Part shown: in pieces, positions 1-9,154 of the stretch
How the letters are laid out: the number at the start of each line of letters is the position of its first letter
Numbering within the stretch: position 1 is the first letter of the stretch
Assembly: GCA_030599585.1 (NCBI GenBank)
Contig: JAUVNS010000007.1
Coordinates: 32,001-96,000, forward strand
DNA: 64,000 nt
DNA from: Promethearchaeota archaeon
Lineage (GTDB): Archaea; Asgardarchaeota; Lokiarchaeia; Sigyniarchaeales; SOKP01
Direction of reading: 5' to 3'
Translations under genes and position numbers: made by a program
Notes under the pieces: model-generated
What the model was told of the DNA's origin: nothing
The model's input: the letters and a program-made list of their open reading frames with translations, nothing else
Database searches by the model: none

Positions 1-536
1 ATTCCGCTTTCTTGATCTAAAACATAAGCTCCATAACATTTGTAATTACTAGCATATAGATTGATCGCACACCAATGTTCTCTAATTTCAATATTCTTTA
101 TTTTTTTTACGTTATCTATAAGGTTCTTTTCTATATTTTCACCTGTTTGGTCATTTACATGAAGAATTCTTCTTTCCGAGTGTCCACCTTCTTTACCAAG
201 GTCGTAATTTCCAGTATCGTTTCTCGTGAACTGAACTCCCATTGTAATTAATTCATTTATTCTTTCTGGTGCTTGAGTTACAATTTTTCTTACTACGGGC
301 TCATTACAAAGTCCATCTCCCGCGCTTAATGTATCTTGAATGTGTTTCTCAAAATTATCGCTATCACTCCAAACACTTGCGATACCACCTTGAGCATAAT
401 ACGTACTTCCCTCTTCCAAGTTTTCTTTAGCAATTAGTAGTATATTATCATCAGGGGAAAGATGCGCTAATTTTATTGCTAATGATATCCCAGCAATACC
501 ACTACCTACAATAAGAAAATCTGTTTTAGTATTCAA
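1..536 (-). CDS. nadB: L-aspartate oxidase, N-terminal part (runs off the window's left edge)
   Basis: Manual translation from TTG at 536: TDFLIVGSGIAG (FAD motif), STYYAQGGIA, HIQDTLSAGDGLC, LGKEGGHSERRILH. Not in the ORF track because its stop lies outside the window. Confidence 0.92.
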   Translation of the reverse strand, partial: MNTKTDFLIVGSGIAGISLAIKLAHLSPDDNILLIAKENLEEGSTYYAQGGIASVWSDSDNFEKHIQDTLSAGDGLCNEPVVRKIVTQAPERINELITMGVQFTRNDTGNYDLGKEGGHSERRILHVNDQTGENIEKNLIDNVKKIKNIEIREHWCAINLYASNYKCYGAYVLDQESG

Positions 537-712
537 GAGACTTATCAGCTTAATTCATTATTTATTTAAGTATTTATTATTTACTCTATTTGTAACTACT
601 TAATCGTAAATTTTTTTTAAGATTTTTCATTTCTACACTTAATTTACCATCAATTTAAAATTGCTTAAAATTTAGATGGCTATCTATAATTTTGATTTGC
701 ATTCTTAGAGAA

Positions 713-1210
713 ATGACAAAAATAGAGAAGGTACTTTTTTTATGCTCAGGGAATTCTTGTCGTTCCGTATATGCCGAATATTATGCAAAATGGCTGAAAA
801 GTACATCTTATAAAGAGGAATTACGATATGTCAATTTTGACTCCGCAGGAATTCGCCATTATTTTGAAACTCCACGCGAGGGCACAGTTAAATATTTAGC
901 TTCTAAAGGAATAAGCGTAGATGGGTTTGTTGCTAAGGATATAACAGAAGAATTGATAAATACACAAGATCTAATTCTAGGATTCGAAGCTCGATACCAC
1001 ACAAACAAATTAAAGAGAAAATTTAAACACATTGAGAACTTAGATAAAAAAGTTTTTTTATTACTTGAATTTGCTGGTCAAGAGAACAATTGGGAGATCG
1101 AAGACCCTATTCATATGCCACTTGTAGAATATAATAAAATTCTCCAAGTTATTGAAGCTGGTGTTAACAAATCTATAGAAAAAATAATTAAATTTAATAA
1201 ATCAGAATAA
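713..1210 (+). CDS. Low-molecular-weight phosphatase (LMW-PTP/ArsC fold), paralog 1
   Basis: P-loop CSGNSCRS, DSAG and IEDP general-acid loop. ATG at 713 preferred to TTG at 692. Confidence 0.85.
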   Translation: MTKIEKVLFLCSGNSCRSVYAEYYAKWLKSTSYKEELRYVNFDSAGIRHYFETPREGTVKYLASKGISVDGFVAKDITEELINTQDLILGFEARYHTNKLKRKFKHIENLDKKVFLLLEFAGQENNWEIEDPIHMPLVEYNKILQVIEAGVNKSIEKIIKFNKSE

Positions 1211-1220
1211 AGGTTAATCA

Positions 1221-1706
1221 ATGAATAAAATCTCTAAAGTATTAATCACCTGTTTTGGGAATACAGCAAGAAGTCCCGCAGCAGAATATTTAGCACGAGA
1301 CTATGCTAAAAAAAAGGGAGCTGATTTAATCTTTGAAAGTGCTGGCTTCATAAATGCTTTTTCATATATGCAACCGGAATCTCAAGAATATTTGGATGCT
1401 AAAAGTATAAAACATTCTGACTTTCACCCTCAAATTATCAATCGTACATTGCTTGAAAAACAGGATTTAATTATTACTATGGAGAAGTCGCATGTAGATG
1501 AAATAAGAGATAGCTACCCCGGGATTGTTGCCATCGATAAAAAGACATTCACTCTAAGAGAATTTAACGGAGAAACAGACAAATTAGATATTATCGATCC
1601 ATATTACGAGAGTACTAATACTTACAAGAAAGTTCTTAAACTTATTGAGGATAATATCGAAAAAATGGTAAATAAAATAATACAGATTAATCAATCAAAA
1701 TCTTAA
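1221..1706 (+). CDS. Low-molecular-weight phosphatase, paralog 2
   Basis: P-loop CFGNTARS, ESAG, DLIITME, IIDPYY. Confidence 0.85.
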   Translation: MNKISKVLITCFGNTARSPAAEYLARDYAKKKGADLIFESAGFINAFSYMQPESQEYLDAKSIKHSDFHPQIINRTLLEKQDLIITMEKSHVDEIRDSYPGIVAIDKKTFTLREFNGETDKLDIIDPYYESTNTYKKVLKLIEDNIEKMVNKIIQINQSKS

Positions 1707-1798
1707 TACTTTTTATTATAGCCTAGAATTTACCTTTCTATATTTGGTTAACATCAAATTGTTTATATACATGTAGTATATGTTATAATTGACTTGAA

Positions 1799-2269
1799 AT
1801 GAAAAGAAAAGAAAAAGAGCGAAAAAAGGGAATAGAACAACGACAACAAAAAACAATTAAAAATCCTCGTTTAGAAGCGCTTTCAGAGATTTCGGAGTTA
1901 ATAAATGATGCAAATGATTCCTATATGAAAATGGATTATGATAATGCAATCAATTACTCCGAAAAAGTGATTAGATTAGCTATAAAATCAAATTTTGAAC
2001 AACATATAGAAGAACAACAACAATTCTTGATAAAAATTGCTGAGAAAGTACAAGAAAAGTATTTTGTTTCAGAAATTAATGAAGCGATCAAAGAAATTGA
2101 AAAAATCTATAATATACTTCTTGAAGCTAAACAGATTTCTCAAGCTCATGAAATTTTAGAAACTTTTAAGAGGCACTATCAAGATAAGATTGATTTAGAT
2201 TCTATACCTTTAATAAAAGAATTAGAAATGAAGGATCGAAGAGAATGGGTAAAAAATAAAGTAGAATAA
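1799..2269 (+). CDS. All-helical (TPR-like) hypothetical protein sharing a ~120-aa domain with the proteins at 11343-13552
   Basis: LSEISEL...YDNAI...AHEILETFK..Y...DLDSIPL aligns by eye with the two minus-strand proteins. Confidence 0.7.
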   Translation: MKRKEKERKKGIEQRQQKTIKNPRLEALSEISELINDANDSYMKMDYDNAINYSEKVIRLAIKSNFEQHIEEQQQFLIKIAEKVQEKYFVSEINEAIKEIEKIYNILLEAKQISQAHEILETFKRHYQDKIDLDSIPLIKELEMKDRREWVKNKVE

Positions 2270-2324
2270 TAAATAATATTTTCAATCAATCCTTTATCAA
2301 ATTCCTCAGAAAAATAAACATATC

Positions 2325-2810
2325 ATGATTAGAAGAATTCTATTTATATGTTATGCAAATACATGCCGAACTCCCGCAGCTGAGAAATTAGCCGAACATT
2401 ACGCTAAAAAGTACGATCTAAAAGGAGTTTCTTTCGATTCCGCTGGTTGGCATATTGTATTTGATAATGCTCAATTAGAAACTATCGAATACATTACATC
2501 TAAAGGAATTGAAATGAAAGATTTTAGACCTAAAGCTATTACTCGATCGTTGGTAGAGAAACAGGATATTATTATTGGCATGGAAAGATACCAATTAACA
2601 AAGATCCGAAACAAATTTAAGGATATGAAAGAAATCTTGAAGGAAAAGTTGTATACTTTGAAGGAGTTCAATGGTGCGAGTAAAGAAGACCTTAATATTC
2701 CAGATCCTTACAAAACAGGAAAGAAACGGTACTTCGAGATTCTCGAAATAGTAGAGAAACAAGTCGAACTTCTCGTTCAGAAAGTTAAAAATATTAATCA
2801 AATAAAGTGA
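2325..2810 (+). CDS. Low-molecular-weight phosphatase, paralog 3
   Basis: P-loop CYANTCRT, DSAG, IIIGME, IPDPY; ends in TGA. Confidence 0.85.
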   Translation: MIRRILFICYANTCRTPAAEKLAEHYAKKYDLKGVSFDSAGWHIVFDNAQLETIEYITSKGIEMKDFRPKAITRSLVEKQDIIIGMERYQLTKIRNKFKDMKEILKEKLYTLKEFNGASKEDLNIPDPYKTGKKRYFEILEIVEKQVELLVQKVKNINQIK

Positions 2811-2942
2811 AAATGAAAATGATATTCTAATCTAAACTTAAGCATTGTTTACACTTTTGTAAAATCTCTTATTTAAACGGTCGCAATATTTAAAATTTCT
2901 GACACTATTTGAAAAAATATATAACTATTCTAATTTCTATTT

Positions 2943-3485
2943 ATGAACCAAATAACGATTAATAACGCAGTTATTGAGATATTCATTGGCGATTTATACA
3001 GTGTTCAATATGATGCAATTGTAATTCCCACAAACAGTCGCCTTTTGCCAAGTGGTAGTTTACGATGTAAGGTGCTAAAAGAAGCAGGGCATGCTATACA
3101 AGTAGAATGTAATCAGATCATAAGTAAAATAGCTAGTGTTCCAATTGGAGGTGTTGTCATCACATCTGGTGGTAATTTGAATGCCAATTTTATATACCAC
3201 CTCAGAGCAGGCCATGATCAGAAAAAATTGATGTTAGCAACTTGGAATTCCTTAACTCTCGCTAATAAAGAAGAATTATCATCTGTGGCGTTCCCTCCTC
3301 TATCAATAGATGTTTTGGGGTTTAACGCTAAGATTTGTGCTGGAATTATGATTCCGACGATTCAGAAATACATCTTAGAGAAGAATAGAAATTTAAAAAA
3401 TGTTTCAGTCTGTCTTGAAAATTTACCCGATTATAAAGAATTTGAAAGCGTTCTTAGCAATTTGACTGCTCCTATTCTTTCTTAG
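2943..3485 (+). CDS. Macro domain protein (ADP-ribose-binding fold), degenerate
   Basis: IEIFIGDL, DAIVIPTN, IGGVVITSGGNLNANFIYH, SVAFPPLS match the macrodomain layout. Confidence 0.75.
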   Translation: MNQITINNAVIEIFIGDLYSVQYDAIVIPTNSRLLPSGSLRCKVLKEAGHAIQVECNQIISKIASVPIGGVVITSGGNLNANFIYHLRAGHDQKKLMLATWNSLTLANKEELSSVAFPPLSIDVLGFNAKICAGIMIPTIQKYILEKNRNLKNVSVCLENLPDYKEFESVLSNLTAPILS

Positions 3486-3532
3486 CCTTTGTGACGTTTT
3501 ATTATTCTTGTGCGTTCTTTCAATGATTACTC

Positions 3533-3571
3533 TTCAAAAAATGAGAATTTAAAAAACTTTCGTCTATGTTA
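3533..3571. repeat. Imperfect 39-bp direct repeat, copy 1
   Basis: TTCAAAAAATGAGAATTTAAAAAACTTTCGTCTATGTTA; 34/39 identical to 6387-6425. Confidence 0.65.
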
Positions 3572-3751
3572 TGTGATGAGATTAGGGCTCAATATTTTAG
3601 TAGCCATCTGGAAAAAGTCCCTCCTTAACTGAAGAATAAGCCAAACAAATCTGGTATGGCATTATAGATGATTATTATGAAGACCCATGACTCTTACTAT
3701 TCCCCCTTAAGCTAATAAAAAGAAAATATTACTAATAATAATGGTCTAAAG

Positions 3752-4156
3752 TTATTCTCGGCGAAAATAAAAGATATCGTCCCCGTGTTGTTCCGAACTG
3801 ATCCATCCATCCACTCTCAATCTATTTAGAAGGTCTTGGAGATTCTCTCTACAAAACTCATTTTCATCAGGAAATTTACAAATTTCATCCATTCTTCTTA
3901 ATAGAGCTTTAACCGTGAGGGCTTTCCCTTGACTGTTTTTAAAGTAGATGAGCAATCTATTATAAGTATTTTCATGTAATGATACTGTTAAGGGAGGTTT
4001 CTGGATTATGGGTATACCGAGCAATCTTGCTTTTCGCTCTTCATAATCTGTATCACCGAAGACGCCATCCATTAATTTTTTCATTTTATCAATAGCTGCT
4101 CTACCTTTCTCCGTCTCAAAAACTTTACCACTAATTCCAAGACCATAGAGGTCCAT
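3752..4156 (-). CDS. Hypothetical protein with probable C-terminal winged helix; may start at ATT 4210
   Basis: 134-aa ORF; ALTVKALL...LQDLLNRLRVDGWISSEQHGDDIFYF resembles a wHTH. Frame stays open to 4210, downstream of AGGAGG. Confidence 0.6.
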   Translation of the reverse strand: MDLYGLGISGKVFETEKGRAAIDKMKKLMDGVFGDTDYEERKARLLGIPIIQKPPLTVSLHENTYNRLLIYFKNSQGKALTVKALLRRMDEICKFPDENEFCRENLQDLLNRLRVDGWISSEQHGDDIFYFRRE

Positions 4157-4477
4157 ATCTTTAAATTCGGTTTTAGAATCTTCTTCTTTTTCCTTCCTTT
4201 TCTCTTTAATTTGCCTCTCCTCCTATTTCCATTTATTTTTTCATATACTTTGAAAAGATTTTTGTAATATTACACAATTTGTCGACCATCTTTTATATAT
4301 CTTTTCCATACCCATTGCCGGCTTTTGTTGAATTCTTATGTTTTATATGTTATGGAGACGATATTTTATTAGAAGGATATTAGATGGCGTCTAATAATTT
4401 TTAAAAATGGGATTTTACATAGATTTAAAAAGTAACTTAACTAAATGAATTATTAAGACAAATATCGAAGTGCACTC

Positions 4478-5947
4478 ATGAAAGATAGTAAAAAAGAGAA
4501 GAAAAAAGCTTCTAAAAAATTGAAAAAGCTAAAACCAACAGGTTTGAATCAGCATAATATGTTTCAATTTCGGACGGGACTTGAATACTTTCAAAGAGGA
4601 CAATTAAATCGAGCAATAAATGAATGGGAGTCAATTAGAAGGCAATCACCTAATAATATTAATATTTTGCATAATCTAGCAATAGTCTATTTGCAAGCAA
4701 AGCAACTTTCAGGAGCTGAAGAGTGTATTAAAAGATCTTTAAGGATTAACTCAAAAAGATCAGAAGAATGGGATATGCTTGGCATGGTATATGCCATGAG
4801 GGCTGCTAGTAATTCAGGACCTTTAGATACCACTCTTATCGAAGAATCACTTGAATGTTTTTCAAAAGCGTTTGAATTAAATCCCAAAAATAAGGTTTTA
4901 TTGATTAAAATTGCAACTTCTCACTTTACATTACACAATCTAGAGCACGCTAAGAAAAACATCGAGAATTATCTAAAATACCACCCTAACGATCCTAAAG
5001 CTCTCGAGTTACGTAATGTGATAATAGAAGAATCCCGAAGATTTGGAGGTTTAACAATAAACTGTGAAAATTGTGGTTCAAAAGTTGAAGATTTTTTGGC
5101 TTTCTGTACTAATTGCGGTGAGGCATTAGAGAAGAAAACTGTAACGGGGGAGAGAGTTTCCTGTCTTAGTTGCGGCTCTATAATTTCAAAAAATGTTGGA
5201 AAATGCCCAAATTGTGGAGCCCCGATTGATAAGTATGGAATGGATATTCACGAGCAAGGAATTTCTAAAGATGGACTTATCTCACAAATGAATGAATTAA
5301 TGGAAAAGGAAGGATTCCAGCATGTGGAAACTGCTAAATCTTATTTTAATGCTATTCTTTTCTTAAATAAAGGAAAACACTCCGACGCCATTGATCTGAT
5401 GAAAAAAGCAACTGAGCTTGAACCTAAACATTCAACCTTACACTCTCAACTAGGTAACATGTATTTCGGCATAGGGAAATCAGATCTGGGAAAGCAATAT
5501 TGTGAGGAGGCTTTAAAATTTGATCCCCAAAATTATTCTGCATTGGAAATATTGTTAAGTTATTATACTCAGCAAGGAGATACTGAACAAGCTGAATATT
5601 ATTTCCAAAAGACTAAAGCCTTAGGTCCTAACTATGTTAAAGAATTAATTAGACAAGGGCACATTGTATTGGGAGCTGATGACACCTTTGGAGCAGTTTC
5701 ATTATGGAAGAAAGCGCAAAGATTGGATCCTGATAACATTGAAATAGAACTGAGGATTAAAGCTTTTGAAGAGGATTACATTATTGAAGAGGAATTGGCA
5801 AAGTTTAACGGAGATCTACAAGCTGCTATGGCACATTATCAAAGAAGATTAAGACTTAATCCAGATGATCCATTTGCGAAAAGAATGACAATGAAAATCT
5901 CAATGAGGCAAATGGGAGGTGCTCCCGCTTTTCGATATCGAGGATAA
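4478..5947 (+). CDS. TPR-repeat protein with central double zinc ribbon
   Basis: TPR helices (e.g. AFELNPKN, ATELEPKH, ALKFDPQN) flank CENC/CTNC/CLSC/CPNC. Confidence 0.85.
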   Translation: MKDSKKEKKKASKKLKKLKPTGLNQHNMFQFRTGLEYFQRGQLNRAINEWESIRRQSPNNINILHNLAIVYLQAKQLSGAEECIKRSLRINSKRSEEWDMLGMVYAMRAASNSGPLDTTLIEESLECFSKAFELNPKNKVLLIKIATSHFTLHNLEHAKKNIENYLKYHPNDPKALELRNVIIEESRRFGGLTINCENCGSKVEDFLAFCTNCGEALEKKTVTGERVSCLSCGSIISKNVGKCPNCGAPIDKYGMDIHEQGISKDGLISQMNELMEKEGFQHVETAKSYFNAILFLNKGKHSDAIDLMKKATELEPKHSTLHSQLGNMYFGIGKSDLGKQYCEEALKFDPQNYSALEILLSYYTQQGDTEQAEYYFQKTKALGPNYVKELIRQGHIVLGADDTFGAVSLWKKAQRLDPDNIEIELRIKAFEEDYIIEEELAKFNGDLQAAMAHYQRRLRLNPDDPFAKRMTMKISMRQMGGAPAFRYRG

Positions 5948-5977
5948 AAATGATAATATAATTAAAAGGTAAAATTT

Positions 5978-6220
5978 ATGTTTCAAAGTAAAAAAGAACG
6001 AGATCCTGAGTTGAAAAAATGGTTTGGTAAAGGCTGCGAGATGTCAGCACAGGGAAAGCATGAAGAAGCTATAAAATGTTACAATGAAGGTTTAAAAATT
6101 GATCCCATGGATTGGGCTTGCTGGAATAATAAGGGTGCTGCATTTGATAAGCTTGGAATGGAGGAAGAACATAAACAATGCATGCAACTTTCAACAATCC
6201 TCATGGTATCTAGAATTTAA
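5978..6220 (+). CDS. Small TPR protein
   Basis: EEAIKCYNEGLKIDPMDWACWNNKG is a typical TPR; AGGT upstream. Confidence 0.75.
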   Translation: MFQSKKERDPELKKWFGKGCEMSAQGKHEEAIKCYNEGLKIDPMDWACWNNKGAAFDKLGMEEEHKQCMQLSTILMVSRI

Positions 6221-6342
6221 ATTAAGCGTGGATTCTTCTTCACATCAATTAAGTAAACTAAAGAGGCAGCATCCATCAAATTTTTTTCTGTTTCGTTAAA
6301 TTCACTAAGTAAATTTAAAATCCTTCCCTTTAGAATTACCAT
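6217..6342 (-). CDS. Small 41-aa ORF or gene remnant
   Basis: AGAAGGAGG, then 8 nt, then ATG; MVILKGRILNLLSEFNETEKNLMDAASLVYLIDVKKNPRLI. Below the ORF-track cutoff. Confidence 0.4.
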   Translation of the reverse strand: MVILKGRILNLLSEFNETEKNLMDAASLVYLIDVKKNPRLI

Positions 6343-6386
6343 GTAAATAACCTCCTTCTGGATTTATTTTTTTAATGTGATAATTA

Positions 6387-6425
6387 TTCAAAAAATGAAA
6401 CTTTAAAAAACTATAATCTATGTTA
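6387..6425. repeat. Imperfect 39-bp direct repeat, copy 2 (contains a TATA-like TTTTTAAA on the minus strand)
   Basis: TTCAAAAAATGAAACTTTAAAAAACTATAATCTATGTTA. Confidence 0.65.
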
Positions 6426-6531
6426 CATGTAAGATTTTTAGTTTACGTATAAATCAAATTCACATTTGACTTAAATGTCGAATTGAATCTGACGAATCTA
6501 AAACACTAAATTAGGATAAGGGGATTCCTTT

Positions 6532-7086
6532 TTGGAAACAAATGGTATAGATGAGAATTTTTTAAACGATTTAAATGGGAGTATTCAAAATGATATATCA
6601 AATATTAATTCACTAAAGGGATTTGAAGTAATTTCTGAATCCATTGTGTACAAAATTCTTGATATATTTGGAAGAAATAGTTTACTTTCAATGTTGTATC
6701 AAACTGGGGCAGGACCAGGAGAAAAAATAGCTGAAATAATAAAACAGAAATATGAGAAAAATGACTTTGAGATTTTTGAGGCTTTAAAAATCTTAATGAT
6801 TGAGTTAAGAGATTTTTACTCAATGCAAATTAGAGAAGTTCAAGAATATTCAGACCATTTCAAGGTAATCGTAGAAAACTATTGCTTTTTACGAGATCCT
6901 TATAGTCATAGGGAAAAACTTAAACCGGGTAAAGCCTTTTGTAGAATAAATAAAGGGTATTTCGAAACGGCTTTTAAAAAATTGTTAGGAGATAAATTAA
7001 AAAAAGTAGAAATTAATTTTCTTCACAACGATCTCGAAAACGATGTTTGTGTAGAAGAGATAGTATTTTATCCTAGCCAACTTTAA
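6532..7086 (+). CDS. V4R / TRAPP-Bet3-like domain protein
   Basis: MLYQTG..PG helix, NYCF, FCRINKGYFETAF and terminal DVCVEEI match the V4R Cys pattern. Confidence 0.6.
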   Translation: METNGIDENFLNDLNGSIQNDISNINSLKGFEVISESIVYKILDIFGRNSLLSMLYQTGAGPGEKIAEIIKQKYEKNDFEIFEALKILMIELRDFYSMQIREVQEYSDHFKVIVENYCFLRDPYSHREKLKPGKAFCRINKGYFETAFKKLLGDKLKKVEINFLHNDLENDVCVEEIVFYPSQL

Positions 7087-7148
7087 GAAGTTAAGAAAGA
7101 CCTTAGATCTTTTTATTTTTTCAAATCATTAGTCAGTATTAAGAAGAT

Positions 7149-7502
7149 TTAAATTATATCATTAGCGTCGATATCCAATAATTGAGCTAATTTTTGTTTT
7201 TTACTACCCATTAACGGGCCAGCTGCAGCTGTAGCGGGTCCAATTGATCCCATCCCCAATTTTTCATGGATTTGCCAGTAGTATTCTTCATAAATTTCTA
7301 TTTTTTTATTATTATCTTTTCGAAAATCTTGGATTGCCTTGTCAATTATTATATCTGCGATCTTATCTAGCTCTTTTAATCTTTGATTAATATATTCTCC
7401 CGTTATATCTTTACCTGTATCAAGATCAATCACCCGCTGCACCATGTGTTCATCTGTAATTTTTTCTTTCCTTTCTTTCATGCGATGTATGACACTATTC
7501 AA
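7149..7502 (-). CDS. Hypothetical protein
   Basis: 117-aa ORF filling the gap, with a Gly/Ala-rich motif LGMGSIGPATAAAGPLMG; start uncertain. Confidence 0.55.
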   Translation of the reverse strand: MNSVIHRMKERKEKITDEHMVQRVIDLDTGKDITGEYINQRLKELDKIADIIIDKAIQDFRKDNNKKIEIYEEYYWQIHEKLGMGSIGPATAAAGPLMGSKKQKLAQLLDIDANDII

Positions 7503-7782
7503 ACTGAAATTTTTAATACACTAATTATTTCTTCAAGATGATAATAATAAACGAGGTATAAAATTCTTCTCATTATTGAAGGACACTAAAAACAATCTCC
7601 ATATTATTTTCAAAAGTGGAGATCCGTTTTTTCATTATATTCAATTATATTCAAATGGATCATTAACTTGTACTTTTTGAGATACGAAATGTCAAAGATT
7701 AAAAAAAAATTTGAATTAGTTTACATATAGCAATCTGATTTTAATAAACAATAAAATAAAATTTTAAAGAGGATAAATAAAA

Positions 7783-9000
7783 ATGGCTGAAATTAAAAAT
7801 ATTCTAGTACTTGGAACTGGCCTAATGGGTAATGGCATAGGACAAGTAGCATTAATGGCTGGTTATAATGTGACATTAGTAGATATCGCTGAAGAAGCTT
7901 TAAATAAAGCTTACGACGATATTCTAAAAGGTCTTAAAAAATCAGAAGAGAAAGGTAAGTTACCTATAAAGACCCCTAAGACTGAGGATACTCCCGCAGT
8001 CTTCTATACTGCTGATGAGATTATGGCTAACTGTAAGAAATCTACTGATTTAGCAAGCGCTGTAAAGGATATTGACATGGTTATTGAAGCAATTGTAGAA
8101 AAAATGGACGTCAAAAAAGCAGTCTCTAAAACTACAATGGATAATGGTCCTGATCATATTATCTTCGCTTCAAATACTTCTACTATGAGTATTACTGAGA
8201 TAGGGAAAGATTGTGGAAAACCTGCTCAAGTTTGTGGTATTCATTTCTTTAATCCAGTTGCCTTAATGGCTTGTATTGAAGTGATTAAAGGTGATGACAC
8301 TTCTGACGCTACATTTGACACAGCTATGAAAGTGGCTAAAAGCTTACCTGTTCTAAGAGGTAGGAGATATATTGCACCTGTGTTAAAAGATAAACCTGGC
8401 TTTATTGTGAATAGATTAAATGCTCCAACTAATATCTACTTAAGTTGGGTTTTTGACCAAGCACTCGAAAAAGGTATTCTTCCCGATCATCCCGAACAAT
8501 TAGATGGAGATATTGGCAAACTTGCTGCAATGCCTCCGTGCGTTTTATCGGACTATGTTGGGCTTGATACATTATACCATGTAATGAAATATAACGAAGT
8601 AGCACTCTCTCCTGATTTTAAACCGGGAAAAGTGTTAAATGATATGATGGAAAAAGGTACTCTTGGAAGAAAAACTGGACAAGGATTTTATGATTGGTCT
8701 AAAGGCAGACCTCAACCAGATCTTTCTGTTAAAGCGGGTTTAATAGATATTGATTTACTATTTTCAATTTCCTTAAATGAAGGCTGTAGAATTTTAGAAG
8801 AAGGAGTTGCAAGTGGTACTAAAACAATTGACGATGCGAATATGGCGGGTATGAACACTCCTGGACCATTTGGCTGGGGTAAACGAAATGCCGAAAAAGC
8901 TGTCGAAATGTTAAATGCTTTCGTTGAAAAAACGGGAATTAAATACTTAACTCCCTGCGAATTACTTAAGTCTGGCGGCTTTAAGAAGATGCGAAAATAG
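7783..9000 (+). CDS. 3-hydroxyacyl-CoA dehydrogenase
   Basis: GTGLMGNGI, EAIVE, ASNTST, GIHFFNP, PGFIVNR, LGRKTGQGFY; extended C-terminal dimerisation region; GAGGA RBS. Confidence 0.93.
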   Translation: MAEIKNILVLGTGLMGNGIGQVALMAGYNVTLVDIAEEALNKAYDDILKGLKKSEEKGKLPIKTPKTEDTPAVFYTADEIMANCKKSTDLASAVKDIDMVIEAIVEKMDVKKAVSKTTMDNGPDHIIFASNTSTMSITEIGKDCGKPAQVCGIHFFNPVALMACIEVIKGDDTSDATFDTAMKVAKSLPVLRGRRYIAPVLKDKPGFIVNRLNAPTNIYLSWVFDQALEKGILPDHPEQLDGDIGKLAAMPPCVLSDYVGLDTLYHVMKYNEVALSPDFKPGKVLNDMMEKGTLGRKTGQGFYDWSKGRPQPDLSVKAGLIDIDLLFSISLNEGCRILEEGVASGTKTIDDANMAGMNTPGPFGWGKRNAEKAVEMLNAFVEKTGIKYLTPCELLKSGGFKKMRK

Positions 9001-9154
9001 ACCTAAAAAGGCACAATTACCAATTTTTCTTTATTTTTTTTATTCTTAATTTTGAAAATTTTTAATTAAAAGAAAACTATTACTAAATATTCATAATTCA
9101 AATATTTTAGAGAATTAAAGTAAATAATAAGGATCTTAAAAGAGGTTAGTAAAA

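Noticed and set aside
713-1210. Arsenate reductase (arsC) call from CSGNSCRS
   Set aside because: The downstream redox Cys pair is absent and there are no ars genes nearby.
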